A stretch of 64,000 bases of DNA from Eledone cirrhosa (Eukaryota), in NCBI GenBank assembly GCA_964016885.1, contig OZ024759.1:6200001-6264000 (forward strand). Reading direction: 5' to 3'. Of the stretch, positions 15,001-33,000 are shown one piece after another (positions within the stretch are counted from its first letter, which is position 1; the number at the start of each line of letters is the position of its first letter). The position numbers were made by a program, and so were the translations under genes. The notes under the pieces were generated by a model. That model was given only the letters and a program-made list of their open reading frames with translations. It was not told where the DNA came from and searched no databases.

Positions 15001-18000
15001 AAATATTCACAACAATCTGTCCACCAGTAAAGATACTATAAACATTTAGTACAAAACAACACTGACTACATCACATTAAATATTAAAGTATTTACTGTAA
15101 TACTGTAAATATTCACAACAATCTGTCCACCAGTAAAGATACTATAAACATTTAGTACAAAACAACACTATGACTACATCACATTAAATATTAAAGACTT
15201 TACTGTAATACTGTAAATGTTCACAACAATCTGTCCACCAGTAAAGATACTATAAACATTTAGTACAAAACAACACTATGACTACATCACATTAAATATT
15301 AAAGTCTTTACTGTAATACTATAAATATTCACAACAATCTGTCTACTAGTAAAGATACTATAAACATTTAGTACAAAACAATACCATGACTACATCACAT
15401 TAAATATTAAAGTCTTTACTGTAATACTGTAAATATTCACAACAATCTGTCCACCAGTAAAGATACTATAAACATTTAGTACAAAACAACACTATGACTA
15501 CATCACAAAGTCTTTACTGTAATACTGTAAATATTCACAATAATCTGTCTACCAGTAAAGATACTATAAACATTTAGTACAAAACAACACTATGACTACA
15601 TCACATTAAATATTAAAGTCTTTACTGTAATACTGTAAATGTTCACAACAATCTGTCCACTAGTAAAGATACTATAAACGTTTAGTACAAAACAACACTA
15701 TGACTACATCACATTAAATATTAAAGTCTTTACTGTAATACTGTAAATGTTCACAACAATCTGTCCACTAGTAAAGATACTATAAACGTTTAGTACAAAA
15801 CAACACTATGACTACATCACATTAAATATTAAAGTCTTTACTGTAATACTGTAAATATTCACAACAATCTGTCCACCAGTTAAGATACTATAAACATTTA
15901 GTACAAAACAACACTATGACTACATCACATTAAATATTAAAGTCTTTACTGTAATACTGTAAATATTCACAACAATCTGTCCACCAGTAAAGATACTATA
16001 AACATTTAGTACAAAAGAATACTATGACTACATCACATTAAATATTAAAGTCTTTACTGTAATACTGTAAATGTTCACAACAATTTGTCTACCAGTAAAG
16101 ATACTATCAACATTTAGTACAAAACAACACTATGACTACATCACATTCAATATTAAAGTCTTTACTGTAATACTGTAAATATTCACAACAATCTGTCTAC
16201 TAGTAAAGATACTATAAACATTTAGTACAAAAGAATACTGTGACTACATCACATTAAATATTAAAGTCTTTACTGTAATACTGTAAATATTCACAACAAT
16301 CTGTCCACCAGTAAAGATACTATAAACATTTAGTACCAAACAACACTATGACTACATCACATTAAATATTAAAGTCTTTACTGTAATACTATAAATTTCC
16401 ACAACAATCTGTCTACCAGTAAAGATACTACAAAGATTTAGTACAAAACAACACTATGACTACATCACATTAAATATTAAAGTCTTTATTGTAATACTGT
16501 AAATGTTCACAACAATCTGTCCACTAGTAAAGATACTATAAACGTTTAGTACAAAACAACACTATGACTATATCACATTAAATATTAAAGTCTTTACTGT
16601 AATACTATAAATATTCACAACAATCTGTCCACCAGTTAAGATACTATAAACATTTAGTACAAAACAACACTATGACTACATCACATTAAATATTAAAGTC
16701 TTTACTGTAATACTGTAAATATTCACAACAATCTGTCCACCAGTAAAGATACTATAAACATTTAGTACAAAACAATACTATGACTACATCACATTAAATA
16801 TTAAAGTCTTTACTGTAATACTGTAAATATTCACAACAATCTGTCTACTAGTAAAGATACTATAAACATTTAGTACAAAACAATACTATGACTACATCAC
16901 ATTAAATATTAAAGTCTTTACTGTAATACTGTAAATATTCACAACAATATGTCCACCAGTAAAGATACTATAAACATTTAGTACAAAACAACACTATGAC
17001 TACATCACAAAGTCTTTACTGTAATACTGTAAATATTCACAATAATCTGTCTACCAGTAAAGATACTATAAACATTTAGTACAAAACAACACTATGACTA
17101 CATCACATTAAATATTAAAGTCTTTACTGTAATACTATAAATTTCCACAACAATCTGTCTACCAGTAAAGATACTATAAACATTTAGTACAAAACAACAC
17201 TATGACTACATCACATTAAATATTAATGTCTTTACTGTAAATGTTCACAACAATCTGTCCACCAGTAAAGATACTATAAACATTTAGTACAAAACAACAC
17301 TATGACTACATCACATTAAATATTAAAGTCTTTACTGTAATACTGTAAATGTTCACAACAATCTGTCCACTAGTAAAGATACTATAAACGTTTAGTACAA
17401 AACAACACTATGACTATATCACATTAAATATTAAAGTCTTTACTGTAATACTGTAAATATTCACAACAATCTGTCCACCAGTAAAGATACTATAAACATT
17501 TAGTACAAAACAACACTGACTACATCACAAAGTCTTTACTGTAATACTGTAAATATTCACAATAATCTGTCTACCAGTAAAGATACTATAAACATTTAGT
17601 ACAAAACAACACTATGACTACATCACATTAAATATTAAAGTCTTTACTGTAATACTGTAAATGTTCACAACAATCTTTCCACTAGTAAAGATACTATAAA
17701 CGTTTAGTACAAAACAACACTATGACTACATCACATTAAATATTAAAGTCTTTACTGTAATACTGTAAATATTCACAACAATCTGTCCACCAGTAAAGAT
17801 ACTATAAACATTTAGTACAAAACAATACTATGACTACATCACATTAAATATTAAAGTCTTTACTGTAATACTGTAAATATTCACAACAATCTGTCCACCA
17901 GTAAAGATACTATCAACATTTAGTACAAAACAACACTATGACTACATCACATTAAATTTTAAAGTCTTTACTGTAATACTATAAATATTCACAACAATCT

Positions 18001-21000
18001 GTCTACTAGTAAAGATACTATAAACATTTAGTACAAAACAATACTATGACTACATCACATTAAATATTAAAGTCTTTACTGTAATACTGTAAATATTCAC
18101 AACAATATGTCCACCAGTAAAGATACTATAAACATTTAGTACAAAACAACACTATGACTACATCACAAAGTCTTTACTGTAATACTGTAAATATTCACAA
18201 TAATCTGTCTACCAGTAAAGATACTATAAACATTTAGTACAAAACAACACTATGACTACATCACATTAAATATTAAAGTCTTTACTGTAATACTATAAAT
18301 TTCCACAACAATCTGTCTACCAGTAAAGATACTATAAACATTTAGTACAAAACAACACTATGACTACATCACATTAAATATTAATGTCTTTACTGTAAAT
18401 GTTCACAACAATCTGTCCACCAGTAAAGATACTATAAACATTTAGTACAAAACAACACTATGACTACATCACATTAAATATTAAAGTCTTTACTGTAATA
18501 CTGTAAATGTTCACAACAATCTGTCCACTAGTAAAGATACTATAAACGTTTAGTACAAAACAACACTATGACTATATCACATTAAATATTAAAGTCTTTA
18601 CTGTAATACTGTAAATATTCACAACAATCTGTCCACCAGTAAAGATACTATAAACATTTAGTACAAAACAACACTGACTACATCACAAAGTCTTTACTGT
18701 AATACTGTAAATATTCACAATAATCTGTCTACCAGTAAAGATACTATAAACATTTAGTACAAAACAACACTATGACTACATCACATTAAATATTAAAGTC
18801 TTTACTGTAATACTGTAAATGTTCACAACAATCTGTCCACTAGTAAAGATACTATAAACGTTTAGTACAAAACAACACTATGACTACATCACATTAAATA
18901 TTAAAGTCTTTACTGTAATACTTTAAATATTCACAACAATCTGTCCACCAGTTAAGATACTATAAACATTTAGTACAAAACAACACTATGACTACATCAC
19001 ATTAAATATTAAAGTCTTTACTGTAATACTATAAATTTCCACAACAATCTGTCTACCAGTAAAGATACTATAAACATTTAGTACAAAACAACACTATGAC
19101 TACATCACATTAAATATTAATGTCTTTACTGTAAATGTTCACAACAATCTGTCCACCAGTAAAGATACTATAAACATTTAGTACAAAACAACACTATGAC
19201 TACATCACATTAAATATTAAAGTCTTTACTGTAATACTGTAAATGTTCACAACAATCTGTCCACTAGTAAAGATACTATAAACGTTTAGTACAAAACAAC
19301 ACTATGACTATATCACATTAAATATTAAAGTCTTTACTGTAATACTGTAAATATTCACAACAATCTGTCCACCAGTAAAGATACTATAAACATTTAGTAC
19401 AAAACAACACTGACTACATCACAAAGTCTTTACTGTAATACTGTAAATATTCACAATAATCTGTCTACCAGTAAAGATACTATAAACATTTAGTACAAAA
19501 CAACACTATGACTACATCACATTAAATATTAAAGTCTTTACTGTAATACTGTAAATGTTCACAACAATCTGTCCACTAGTAAAGATACTATAAACGTTTA
19601 GTACAAAACAACACTATGACTACATCACATTAAATATTAAAGTCTTTACTGTAATACTTTAAATATTCACAACAATCTGTCCACCAGTTAAGATACTATA
19701 AACATTTAGTACAAAACAACACTATGACTACATCACATTAAATATTAAAGTCTTTACTGTAATACTATAAATATTCACAACAATCTGTCTACTAGTAAAG
19801 ATACTATAAACATTTAGTACAAAACAATACTATGACTACATCACATTAAATATTAAAGTCTTTACTGTAATACTGTAAATATTCACAACAATATGTCCAC
19901 CAGTAAAGATACTATAAACATTTAGTACAAAACAACACTATGACTACATCACAAAGTCTTTACTGTAATACTGTAAATATTCACAATAATCTGCCTACCA
20001 GTAAAGATACTATAAACATTTAGTACAAAACAACACTATGACTACATCACATTAAATATTAAAGTCTTTACTGTAATACTGTAAATGTTCACAACAATCT
20101 GTCCACTAGTAAAGATACTATAAACGTTTAGTACAAAACAACACTATGACTACATCACATTAAATATTAAAGTCTTTACTGTAATACTGTAAATATTCAC
20201 AATAATCTGTCTACTAGTAAAGATACTATAAACATTTAGTACAAAAGAATACTATGACTACATCACAATAAATATTAAAGTCTTTACTGTAATACTGTAA
20301 ATATTCACAACAATCTGTCCACCAGTAAAGATACTATAAACATTTAGTACAAAACAACACTGACTACATCACATTAAATATTAAAGTATTTACTGTAATA
20401 CTGTAAATATTCACAACAATCTGTCCACCAGTAAAGATACTATAAACATTTAGTACAAAACAACACTATGACTACATCACATTAAATATTAAAGACTTTA
20501 CTGTAATACTGTAAATGTTCACAACAATCTGTCCACCAGTAAAGATACTATAAACATTTAGTACAAAACAACACTATGACTACATCACATTAAATATTAA
20601 AGTCTTTACTGTAATACTATAAATATTCACAACAATCTGTCTACTAGTAAAGATACTATAAACATTTAGTACAAAACAATACCATGACTACATCACATTA
20701 TATATTAAAGTCTTTACTGTAATACTGTAAATATTCACAACAATCTGTCCACCAGTAAAGATACTATAAACATTTAGTACAAAACAACACTATGACTACA
20801 TCACAAAGTCTTTACTGTAATACTGTAAATATTCACAATAATCTGTCTACCAGTAAAGATACTATAAACATTTAGTACAAAACAACACTATGACTATATC
20901 ACATTAAATATTAAAGTCTTTACTGTAATACTATAAATATTCACAACAATCTGTCCACCAGTTAAGATACTATAAACATTTAGTACAAAACAACACTATG

Positions 21001-24000
21001 ACTACATCACATTAAATATTAAAGTCTTTACTGTAATACTGTAAATATTCACAACAATCTGTCCACCAGTAAAGATACTATAAACATTTAGTACAAAACA
21101 ACACTGACTACATCACATTAAATATTGAAGTCTTTATTGTAATACTGTAAATATTCACAACAATCTGTCCACCAGTAAAGATACTATAAACATTTAGTAC
21201 AAAACAATACTATGACTACATCACATTAAATATTAAAGTCTTTACTGTAATACTGTAAATATTCACAACAATCTGTCCACCAGTAAAGATACTATCAACA
21301 TTTAGTACAAAACAACACTATGACTACATCACATTAAATATTAAAGTCTTTACTGTAATACTATAAATATTCACAACAATCTGTCTACTAGTAAAGATAC
21401 TATAAACATTTAGTACAAAACAATACTATGACTACATCACATTAAATATTAAAGTCTTTACTGTAATACTGTAAATATTCACAACAATATGTCCACCAGT
21501 AAAGATACTATAAACATTTAGTACAAAACAACACTATGACTACATCACAAAGTCTTTACTGTAATACTGTAAATATTCACAATAATCTGTCTACCAGTAA
21601 AGATACTATAAACATTTAGTACAAAACAACACTATGACTACATCACATTAAATATTAAAGTCTTTACTGTAATACTATAAATTTCCACAACAATCTGTCT
21701 ACCAGTAAAGATACTATAAACATTTAGTACAAAACAACACTATGACTACATCACATTAAATATTAATGTCTTTACTGTAAATGTTCACAACAATCTGTCC
21801 ACCAGTAAAGATACTATAAACATTTAGTACAAAACAACACTATGACTACATCACATTAAATATTAAAGTCTTTACTGTAATACTGTAAATGTTCACAACA
21901 ATCTGTCCACTAGTAAAGATACTATAAACGTTTAGTACAAAACAACACTATGACTATATCACATTAAATATTAAAGTCTTTACTGTAATACTGTAAATAT
22001 TCACAACAATCTGTCCACCAGTAAAGATACTATAAACATTTAGTACAAAACAACACTGACTACATCACAAAGTCTTTACTGTAATACTGTAAATATTCAC
22101 AATAATCTGTCTACCAGTAAAGATACTATAAACATTTAGTACAAAACAACACTATGACTACATCACATTAAATATTAAAGTCTTTACTGTAATACTGTAA
22201 ATGTTCACAACAATCTGTCCACTAGTAAAGATACTATAAACGTTTAGTACAAAACAACACTATGACTACATCACATTAAATATTAAAGTCTTTACTGTAA
22301 TACTTTAAATATTCACAACAATCTGTCCACCAGTTAAGATACTATAAACATTTAGTACAAAACAACACTATGACTACATCACATTAAATATTAAAGTCTT
22401 TACTGTAATACTATAAATATTCACAACAATCTGTCTACTAGTAAAGATACTATAAACATTTAGTACAAAACAATACTATGACTACATCACATTAAATATT
22501 AAAGTCTTTACTGTAATACTGTAAATATTCACAACAATATGTCCACCAGTAAAGATACTATAAACATTTAGTACAAAACAACACTATGACTACATCACAA
22601 AGTCTTTACTGTAATACTGTAAATATTCACAATAATCTGCCTACCAGTAAAGATACTATAAACATTTAGTACAAAACAACACTATGACTACATCACATTA
22701 AATATTAAAGTCTTTACTGTAATACTGTAAATGTTCACAACAATCTGTCCACTAGTAAAGATACTATAAACGTTTAGTACAAAACAACACTATGACTACA
22801 TCACATTAAATATTAAAGTCTTTACTGTAATACTGTAAATATTCACAATAATCTGTCTACTAGTAAAGATACTATAAACATTTAGTACAAAAGAATACTA
22901 TGACTACATCACATTAAATATTAAAGTCTTTACTGTAATACTGTAAATATTCACAACAATCTGTCCACCAGTAAAGATACTATAAACATTTAGTACAAAA
23001 CAACACTGACTACATCACATTAAATATTAAAGTATTTACTGTAATACTGTAAATATTCACAACAATCTGTCCACCAGTAAAGATACTATAAACATTTAGT
23101 ACAAAACAACACTATGACTACATCACATTAAATATTAAAGACTTTACTGTAATACTGTAAATGTTCACAACAATCTGTCCACCAGTAAAGATACTATAAA
23201 CATTTAGTACAAAACAACACTATGACTACATCACATTAAATATTAAAGTCTTTACTGTAATACTATAAATATTCACAACAATCTGTCTACTAGTAAAGAT
23301 ACTATAAACATTTAGTACAAAACAATACCATGACTACATCACATTAAATATTAAAGTCTTTACTGTAATACTGTAAATATTCACAACAATCTGTCCACCA
23401 GTAAAGATACTATAAACATTTAGTACAAAACAACACTATGACTACATCACAAAGTCTTTACTGTAATACTGTAAATATTCACAATAATCTGTCTACCAGT
23501 AAAGATACTATAAACATTTAGTACAAAACAACACTATGACTACATCACATTAAATATTAAAGTCTTTACTGTAATACTGTAAATGTTCACAACAATCTGT
23601 CCACTAGTAAAGATACTATAAACGTTTAGTACAAAACAACACTATGACTACATCACATTAAATATTAAAGTCTTTACTGTAATACTGTAAATGTTCACAA
23701 CAATCTGTCCACTAGTAAAGAAAGATACTATAAACGTTTAGTACAAAACAACACTATGACTACATCACATTAAATATTAAAGTCTTTACTGTAATACTGT
23801 AAATATTCACAACAATCTGTCCACCAGTTAAGATACTATAAACATTTAGTACAAAACAACACTATGACTACATCACATTAAATATTAAAGTCTTTACTGT
23901 AATACTGTAAATATTCACAACAATCTGTCCACCAGTAAAGATACTATAAACATTTAGTACAAAAGAATACTATGACTACATCACATTAAATATTAAAGTC

Positions 24001-27000
24001 TTTACTGTAATACTGTAAATGTTCACAACAATTTGTCTACCAGTAAAGATACTATCAACATTTAGTACAAAACAACACTATGACTACATCACATTAAATA
24101 TTAAAGTCTTTACTGTAATACTGTAAATATTCACAACAATCTGTCTACTAGTAAAGATACTATAAACATTTAGTACAAAAGAATACTGTGACTACATCAC
24201 ATTAAATATTAAAGTCTTTACTGTAATACTGTAAATATTCACAACAATCTGTCCACCAGTAAAGATACTATAAACATTTAGTACCAAACAACACTATGAC
24301 TACATCACATTAAATATTAAAGTCTTTACTGTAATACTATAAATTTCCACAACAATCTGTCTACCAGTAAAGATACTACAAAGATTTAGTACAAAACAAC
24401 ACTATGACTACATCACATTAAATATTAAAGTCTTTATTGTAATACTGTAAATGTTCACAACAATCTGTCCACTAGTAAAGATACTATAAACGTTTAGTAC
24501 AAAACAACACTATGACTATATCACATTAAATATTAAAGTCTTTACTGTAATACTATAAATATTCACAACAATCTGTCCACCAGTTAAGATACTATCAACA
24601 TTTAGTACAAAACAACACTATGACTACATCACATTAAATATTAAAGTCTTTACTGTAATACTGTAAATGTTCACAACAATCTGTCCACTAGTAAAGATAC
24701 TATAAACGTTTAGTACAAAACAACACTATGACTACATCACATTAAATATTAAAGTCTTTACTGTAATACTGTAAATATTCACAATAATCTGTCTACTAGT
24801 AAAGATACTATAAACATTTAGTACAAAAGAATACTATGACTACATCACATTAAATATTAAAGTCTTTACTGTAATACTGTAAATATTCACAACAATCTGT
24901 CCACCAGTAAAGATACTATAAACATTTAGTACAAAACAACACTGACTACATCACATTAAATATTAAAGTATTTACTGTAATACTGTAAATATTCACAACA
25001 ATCTGTCCACCAGTAAAGATACTATAAACATTTAGTACAAAACAACACTATGACTACATCACATTAAATATTAAAGACTTTACTGTAATACTGTAAATGT
25101 TCACAACAATCTGTCCACCAGTAAAGATACTATAAACATTTAGTACAAAACAACACTATGACTACATCACATTAAATATTAAAGTCTTTACTGTAATACT
25201 ATAAATATTCACAACAATCTGTCTACTAGTAAAGATACTATAAACATTTAGTACAAAACAATACCATGACTACATCACATTAAATATTAAAGTCTTTACT
25301 GTAATACTGTAAATATTCACAACAATCTGTCCACCAGTAAAGATACTATAACATTTAGTACAAAACAACACTATGACTACATCACAAAGTCTTTACTGTA
25401 ATACTGTAAATATTCACAATAATCTGCCTACCAGTAAAGATACTATAAACATTTAGTACAAAACAACACTATGACTACATCACATTAAATATTAAAGTCT
25501 TTACTGTAATACTGTAAATGTTCACAACAATCTGTCCACTAGTAAAGATACTATAAACGTTTAGTACAAAACAACACTATGACTACATCACATTAAATAT
25601 TAAAGTCTTTACTGTAATACTGTAAATATTCACAATAATCTGTCTACTAGTAAAGATACTATAAACATTTAGTACAAAAGAATACTATGACTACATCACA
25701 TTAAATATTAAAGTCTTTACTGTAATACTGTAAATATTCACAACAATCTGTCCACCAGTAAAGATACTATAAACATTTAGTACAAAACAACACTGACTAC
25801 ATCACATTAAATATTAAAGTATTTACTGTAATACTGTAAATATTCACAACAATCTGTCCACCAGTAAAGATACTATAAACATTTAGTACAAAACAACACT
25901 ATGACTACATCACATTAAATATTAAAGACTTTACTGTAATACTGTAAATGTTCACAACAATCTGTCCACCAGTAAAGATACTATAAACATTTAGTACAAA
26001 ACAACACTATGACTACATCACATTAAATATTAAAGTCTTTACTGTAATACTATAAATATTCACAACAATCTGTCTACTAGTAAAGATACTATAAACATTT
26101 AGTACAAAACAATACCATGACTACATCACATTAAATATTAAAGTCTTTACTGTAATACTGTAAATATTCACAACAATCTGTCCACCAGTAAAGATACTAT
26201 AAACATTTAGTACAAAACAACACTATGACTACATCACAAAGTCTTTACTGTAATACTGTAAATATTCACAATAATCTGTCTACCAGTAAAGATACTATAA
26301 ACATTTAGTACAAAACAACACTATGACTACATCACATTAAATATTAAAGTCTTTACTGTAATACTGTAAATGTTCACAACAATCTGTCCACTAGTAAAGA
26401 TACTATAAACGTTTAGTACAAAACAACACTATGACTACATCACATTAAATATTAAAGTCTTTACTGTAATACTGTAAATGTTCACAACAATCTGTCCACT
26501 AGTAAAGATACTATAAACGTTTAGTACAAAACAACACTATGACTACATCACATTAAATATTAAAGTCTTTACTGTAATACTGTAAATATTCACAACAATC
26601 TGTCCACCAGTTAAGATACTATAAACATTTAGTACAAAACAACACTATGACTACATCACATTAAATATTAAAGTCTTTACTGTAATACTGTAAATATTCA
26701 CAACAATCTGTCCACCAGTAAAGATACTATAAACATTTAGTACAAAAGAATACTATGACTACATCACATTAAATATTAAAGTCTTTACTGTAATACTGTA
26801 AATGTTCACAACAATTTGTCTACCAGTAAAGATACTATCAACATTTAGTACAAAACAACACTATGACTACATCACATTCAATATTAAAGTCTTTACTGTA
26901 ATACTGTAAATATTCACAACAATCTGTCTACTAGTAAAGATACTATAAACATTTAGTACAAAAGAATACTGTGACTACATCACATTAAATATTAAAGTCT

Positions 27001-30000
27001 TTACTGTAATACTGTAAATATTCACAACAATCTGTCCACCAGTAAAGATACTATAAACATTTAGTACAAAACAACACTATGACTACATCACATTAAATAT
27101 TAAAGTCTTTATTGTAATACTGTAAATGTTCACAACAATCTGTCCACTAGTAAAGATACTATAAACGTTTAGTACAAAACAACACTATGACTATATCACA
27201 TTAAATATTAAAGTCTTTACTGTAATACTATAAATATTCACAACAATCTGTCCACCAGTTAAGATACTATAAACATTTAGTACAAAACAACACTATGACT
27301 ACATCACATTAAATATTAAAGTCTTTACTGTAATACTGTAAATATTCACAACAATCTGTCCACCAGTAAAGATACTATAAACATTTAGTACAAAACAATA
27401 CTATGACTACATCACATTAAATATTAAAGTCTTTACTGTAATACTGTAAATATTCACAACAATCTGTCCACCAGTAAAGATACTATCAACATTTAGTACA
27501 AAACAACACTATGACTACATCACATTAAATATTAAAGTCTTTACTGTAATACTATAAATATTCACAACAATCTGTCTACTAGTAAAGATACTATAAACAT
27601 TTAGTACAAAACAATACTATGACTACATCACATTAAATATTAAAGTCTTTACTGTAATACTGTAAATATTCACAACAATATGTCCACCAGTAAAGATACT
27701 ATAAACATTTAGTACAAAACAACACTATGACTACATCACAAAGTCTTTACTGTAATACTGTAAATATTCACAATAATCTGTCTACCAGTAAAGATACTAT
27801 AAACATTTAGTACAAAACAACACTATGACTACATCACATTAAATATTAAAGTCTTTACTGTAATACTATAAATTTCCACAACAATCTGTCTACCAGTAAA
27901 GATACTATAAACATTTAGTACAAAACAACACTATGACTACATCACATTAAATATTAATGTCTTTACTGTAAATGTTCACAACAATCTGTCCACCAGTAAA
28001 GATACTATAAACATTTAGTACAAAACAACACTATGACTACATCACATTAAATATTAAAGTCTTTACTGTAATACTGTAAATGTTCACAACAATCTGTCCA
28101 CTAGTAAAGATACTATAAACGTTTAGTACAAAACAACACTATGACTATATCACATTAAATATTAAAGTCTTTACTGTAATACTGTAAATATTCACAACAA
28201 TCTGTCCACCAGTAAAGATACTATAAACATTTAGTACAAAACAACACTGACTACATCACAAAGTCTTTACTGTAATACTGTAAATATTCACAATAATCTG
28301 TCTACCAGTAAAGATACTATAAACATTTAGTACAAAACAACACTATGACTACATCACATTAAATATTAAAGTCTTTACTGTAATACTGTAAATGTTCACA
28401 ACAATCTGTCCACTAGTAAAGATACTATAAACGTTTAGTACAAAACAACACTATGACTACATCACATTAAATATTAAAGTCTTTACTGTAATACTTTAAA
28501 TATTCACAACAATCTGTCCACCAGTTAAGATACTATAAACATTTAGTACAAAACAACACTATGACTACATCACATTAAATATTAAAGTCTTTACTGTAAT
28601 ACTATAAATATTCACAACAATCTGTCTACTAGTAAAGATACTATAAACATTTAGTACAAAACAATACTATGACTACATCACATTAAATATTAAAGTCTTT
28701 ACTGTAATACTGTAAATATTCACAACAATATGTCCACCAGTAAAGATACTATAAACATTTAGTACAAAACAACACTATGACTACATCACAAAGTCTTTAC
28801 TGTAATACTGTAAATATTCACAATAATCTGCCTACCAGTAAAGATACTATAAACATTTAGTACAAAACAACACTATGACTACATCACATTAAATATTAAA
28901 GTCTTTACTGTAATACTGTAAATGTTCACAACAATCTGTCCACTAGTAAAGATACTATAAACGTTTAGTACAAAACAACACTATGACTACATCACATTAA
29001 ATATTAAAGTCTTTACTGTAATACTGTAAATATTCACAATAATCTGTCTACTAGTAAAGATACTATAAACATTTAGTACAAAAGAATACTATGACTACAT
29101 CACAATAAATATTAAAGTCTTTACTGTAATACTGTAAATATTCACAACAATCTGTCCACCAGTAAAGATACTATAAACATTTAGTACAAAACAACACTGA
29201 CTACATCACATTAAATATTAAAGTATTTACTGTAATACTGTAAATATTCACAACAATCTGTCCACCAGTAAAGATACTATAAACATTTAGTACAAAACAA
29301 CACTATGACTACATCACATTAAATATTAAAGACTTTACTGTAATACTGTAAATGTTCACAACAATCTGTCCACCAGTAAAGATACTATAAACATTTAGTA
29401 CAAAACAACACTATGACTACATCACATTAAATATTAAAGTCTTTACTGTAATACTATAAATATTCACAACAATCTGTCTACTAGTAAAGATACTATAAAC
29501 ATTTAGTACAAAACAATACCATGACTACATCACATTAAATATTAAAGTCTTTACTGTAATACTGTAAATATTCACAACAATCTGTCCACCAGTAAAGATA
29601 CTATAAACATTTAGTACAAAACAACACTATGACTACATCACATTAAATATTAAAGTCTTTACTGTAATACTATAAATATTCACAACAATCTGTCCACCAG
29701 TTAAGATACTATAAACATTTAGTACAAAACAACACTATGACTACATCACATTAAATATTAAAGTCTTTACTGTAATACTGTAAATATTCACAACAATCTG
29801 TCCACCAGTAAAGATACTATAAACATTTAGTACAAAACAACACTGACTACATCACATTAAATATTGAAGTCTTTATTGTAATACTGTAAATATTCACAAC
29901 AATCTGTCCACCAGTAAAGATACTATAAACATTTAGTACAAAACAATACTATGACTACATCACATTAAATATTAAAGTCTTTACTGTAATACTGTAAATA

Positions 30001-33000
30001 TTCACAACAATCTGTCCACCAGTAAAGATACTATCAACATTTAGTACAAAACAACACTATGACTACATCACATTAAATATTAAAGTCTTTACTGTAATAC
30101 TATAAATATTCACAACAATCTGTCTACTAGTAAAGATACTATAAACATTTAGTACAAAACAATACTATGACTACATCACATTAAATATTAAAGTCTTTAC
30201 TGTAATACTGTAAATATTCACAACAATATGTCCACCAGTAAAGATACTATAAACATTTAGTACAAAACAACACTATGACTACATCACAAAGTCTTTACTG
30301 TAATACTGTAAATATTCACAATAATCTGTCTACCAGTAAAGATACTATAAACATTTAGTACAAAACAACACTATGACTACATCACATTAAATATTAAAGT
30401 CTTTACTGTAATACTATAAATTTCCACAACAATCTGTCTACCAGTAAAGATACTATAAACATTTAGTACAAAACAACACTATGACTACATCACATTAAAT
30501 ATTAATGTCTTTACTGTAAATGTTCACAACAATCTGTCCACCAGTAAAGATACTATAAACATTTAGTACAAAACAACACTATGACTACATCACATTAAAT
30601 ATTAAAGTCTTTACTGTAATACTGTAAATGTTCACAACAATCTGTCCACTAGTAAAGATACTATAAACGTTTAGTACAAAACAACACTATGACTATATCA
30701 CATTAAATATTAAAGTCTTTACTGTAATACTGTAAATATTCACAACAATCTGTCCACCAGTAAAGATACTATAAACATTTAGTACAAAACAACACTGACT
30801 ACATCACAAAGTCTTTACTGTAATACTGTAAATATTCACAATAATCTGTCTACCAGTAAAGATACTATAAACATTTAGTACAAAACAACACTATGACTAC
30901 ATCACATTAAATATTAAAGTCTTTACTGTAATACTGTAAATGTTCACAACAATCTGTCCACTAGTAAAGATACTATAAACGTTTAGTACAAAACAACACT
31001 ATGACTACATCACATTAAATATTAAAGTCTTTACTGTAATACTTTAAATATTCACAACAATCTGTCCACCAGTTAAGATACTATAAACATTTAGTACAAA
31101 ACAACACTATGACTACATCACATTAAATATTAAAGTCTTTACTGTAATACTATAAATATTCACAACAATCTGTCTACTAGTAAAGATACTATAAACATTT
31201 AGTACAAAACAATACTATGACTACATCACATTAAATATTAAAGTCTTTACTGTAATACTGTAAATATTCACAACAATATGTCCACCAGTAAAGATACTAT
31301 AAACATTTAGTACAAAACAACACTATGACTACATCACAAAGTCTTTACTGTAATACTGTAAATATTCACAATAATCTGCCTACCAGTAAAGATACTATAA
31401 ACATTTAGTACAAAACAACACTATGACTACATCACATTAAATATTAAAGTCTTTACTGTAATACTGTAAATGTTCACAACAATCTGTCCACTAGTAAAGA
31501 TACTATAAACGTTTAGTACAAAACAACACTATGACTACATCACATTAAATATTAAAGTCTTTACTGTAATACTGTAAATATTCACAATAATCTGTCTACT
31601 AGTAAAGATACTATAAACATTTAGTACAAAAGAATACTATGACTACATCACATTAAATATTAAAGTCTTTACTGTAATACTGTAAATATTCACAACAATC
31701 TGTCCACCAGTAAAGATACTATAAACATTTAGTACAAAACAACACTGACTACATCACATTAAATATTAAAGTATTTACTGTAATACTGTAAATATTCACA
31801 ACAATCTGTCCACCAGTAAAGATACTATAAACATTTAGTACAAAACAACACTATGACTACATCACATTAAATATTAAAGACTTTACTGTAATACTGTAAA
31901 TGTTCACAACAATCTGTCCACCAGTAAAGATACTATAAACATTTAGTACAAAACAACACTATGACTACATCACATTAAATATTAAAGTCTTTACTGTAAT
32001 ACTATAAATATTCACAACAATCTGTCTACTAGTAAAGATACTATAAACATTTAGTACAAAACAATACCATGACTACATCACATTAAATATTAAAGTCTTT
32101 ACTGTAATACTGTAAATATTCACAACAATCTGTCCACCAGTAAAGATACTATAAACATTTAGTACAAAACAACACTATGACTACATCACAAAGTCTTTAC
32201 TGTAATACTGTAAATATTCACAATAATCTGTCTACCAGTAAAGATACTATAAACATTTAGTACAAAACAACACTATGACTACATCACATTAAATATTAAA
32301 GTCTTTACTGTAATACTGTAAATGTTCACAACAATCTGTCCACTAGTAAAGATACTATAAACGTTTAGTACAAAACAACACTATGACTACATCACATTAA
32401 ATATTAAAGTCTTTACTGTAATACTGTAAATGTTCACAACAATCTGTCCACTAGTAAAGATACTATAAACGTTTAGTACAAAACAACACTATGACTACAT
32501 CACATTAAATATTAAAGTCTTTACTGTAATACTGTAAATATTCACAACAATCTGTCCACCAGTTAAGATACTATAAACATTTAGTACAAAACAACACTAT
32601 GACTACATCACATTAAATATTAAAGTCTTTACTGTAATACTGTAAATATTCACAACAATCTGTCCACCAGTAAAGATACTATAAACATTTAGTACAAAAG
32701 AATACTATGACTACATCACATTAAATATTAAAGTCTTTACTGTAATACTGTAAATGTTCACAACAATTTGTCTACCAGTAAAGATACTATCAACATTTAG
32801 TACAAAACAACACTATGACTACATCACATTAAATATTAAAGTCTTTACTGTAATACTGTAAATATTCACAACAATCTGTCTACTAGTAAAGATACTATAA
32901 ACATTTAGTACAAAAGAATACTGTGACTACATCACATTAAATATTAAAGTCTTTACTGTAATACTGTAAATATTCACAACAATCTGTCCACCAGTAAAGA